DNA of 64,000 bases from Octopus vulgaris (Eukaryota): assembly GCA_951406725.2 (NCBI GenBank), contig OX597821.1:49600001-49664000 (forward strand), in the 5' to 3' direction. Numbering within the stretch: the stretch's first letter is position 1; each line of letters starts with the position of its first letter. Position numbers and translations under genes: made by a program. Shown here one piece after another: positions 63,435-64,000 of the stretch. The notes beneath the pieces were generated by a model. It ran no database searches. It worked only from the letters and a program-made list of their open reading frames with translations, and had not been told where the DNA came from.

Positions 63435-63850
63435 AAAATAAGTAAAAACAATGTACGCTGTCTCTCTCTCTCTTTCTCTCTCATATACACACAACACACT
63501 TTCTGTCTCGCACCCCCAGTAACACATACGCATGTCTCTTTCCATTTTCTCTCTTTCACTTTTTGCTGACATCCAACGAAATGAACATATCCTCCCACAA
63601 AATAAATAAATAAAAGTTTTTTTACGGAATTTACCGAACGCCGTAATGTAGCGCGCGCACGCCACCGAGTTAAAACAAAGGATTGCCAATTTTTTTGGAA
63701 AATTAACAAAGTTAGAGGCATTGTTGTCATAGCAACTCCAGTGTATCGTTGTTTACTCATAGTGCTGTGGGTGAAAGAATTGACAACTATTATGTCTTGT
63801 AAGGAAGAATTTAGGGATTGGTGCCTCTATTGCTGTAGACTACAAATTAC

Positions 63851-63936
63851 GGCGTAACTTCGGTATAAGTACCGGATACATTTCAAGAAAGTATTTTTTT
63901 TTATATATGGGGGGTTAGGGGTGGGAGAAAAGGGTT
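63851..63936. mobile_element. Partial GGCG-family MITE
   Basis: ggcgtaacttcggtataagtaccggatacatttcaa...ggttaggggtgggagaaaagggtt. Confidence 0.7.
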
Positions 63937-64000
63937 CCTGGCAATCTTTCGTCTCTAGTAGACCTTTCCGTCGATTTCCGTAAATTTTTTTTTTTTTTTA

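Larger units (their letters stand above)
61847..63633. repeat. Large fold-back: about 180-bp inverted arms (61847-62020 / 63456-63633) enclosing a SINE, inner inverted repeats and nested MITEs
   Basis: taaattccgtaaaa...gatgtcagca.aaagtgaaagagag...gggtgcgagacagaaagtgtgttg and its reverse complement. Confidence 0.82.

Overview
AT-rich, repeat-dense eukaryotic DNA. The SINE, RTE-LINE and C2H2-array repertoire strongly suggests an octopod cephalopod (inferred from repeat families, not from a database search). Three host genes are supported: a two-coding-exon NTMT1 (4928-5080 + 10839-11348, 220 aa) and two paralogous poly-C2H2 zinc-finger genes in convergent orientation (34867-36624 +, 19 fingers; 55985-57994 -, 22 finger units) produced by an inverted duplication. 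The rest is mostly decayed transposons: hAT, piggyBac, maT DD37D, mariner, RTE, Tx1, CR1-like, Penelope with a hammerhead core, a Gypsy-like LTR, SINEs and several MITEs. Main observations: (1) a set of GG...CC-terminated MITEs with 8-bp TSDs (Merlin-like) that often carry TTAGGG motifs; (2) a hairpin micro-inversion that removes the first catalytic Asp of a maT transposase; (3) a shared frameshift and fossil fingers after both ZNF stops, with rapidly reshuffled arrays; (4) a PHD finger inside the RTE ORF; (5) a twin-priming-type RTE insertion; (6) a cluster of fold-back palindromes upstream of NTMT1. I found no unambiguous wholly new multi-gene system. Boundaries of decayed repeats are approximate and were read by eye.
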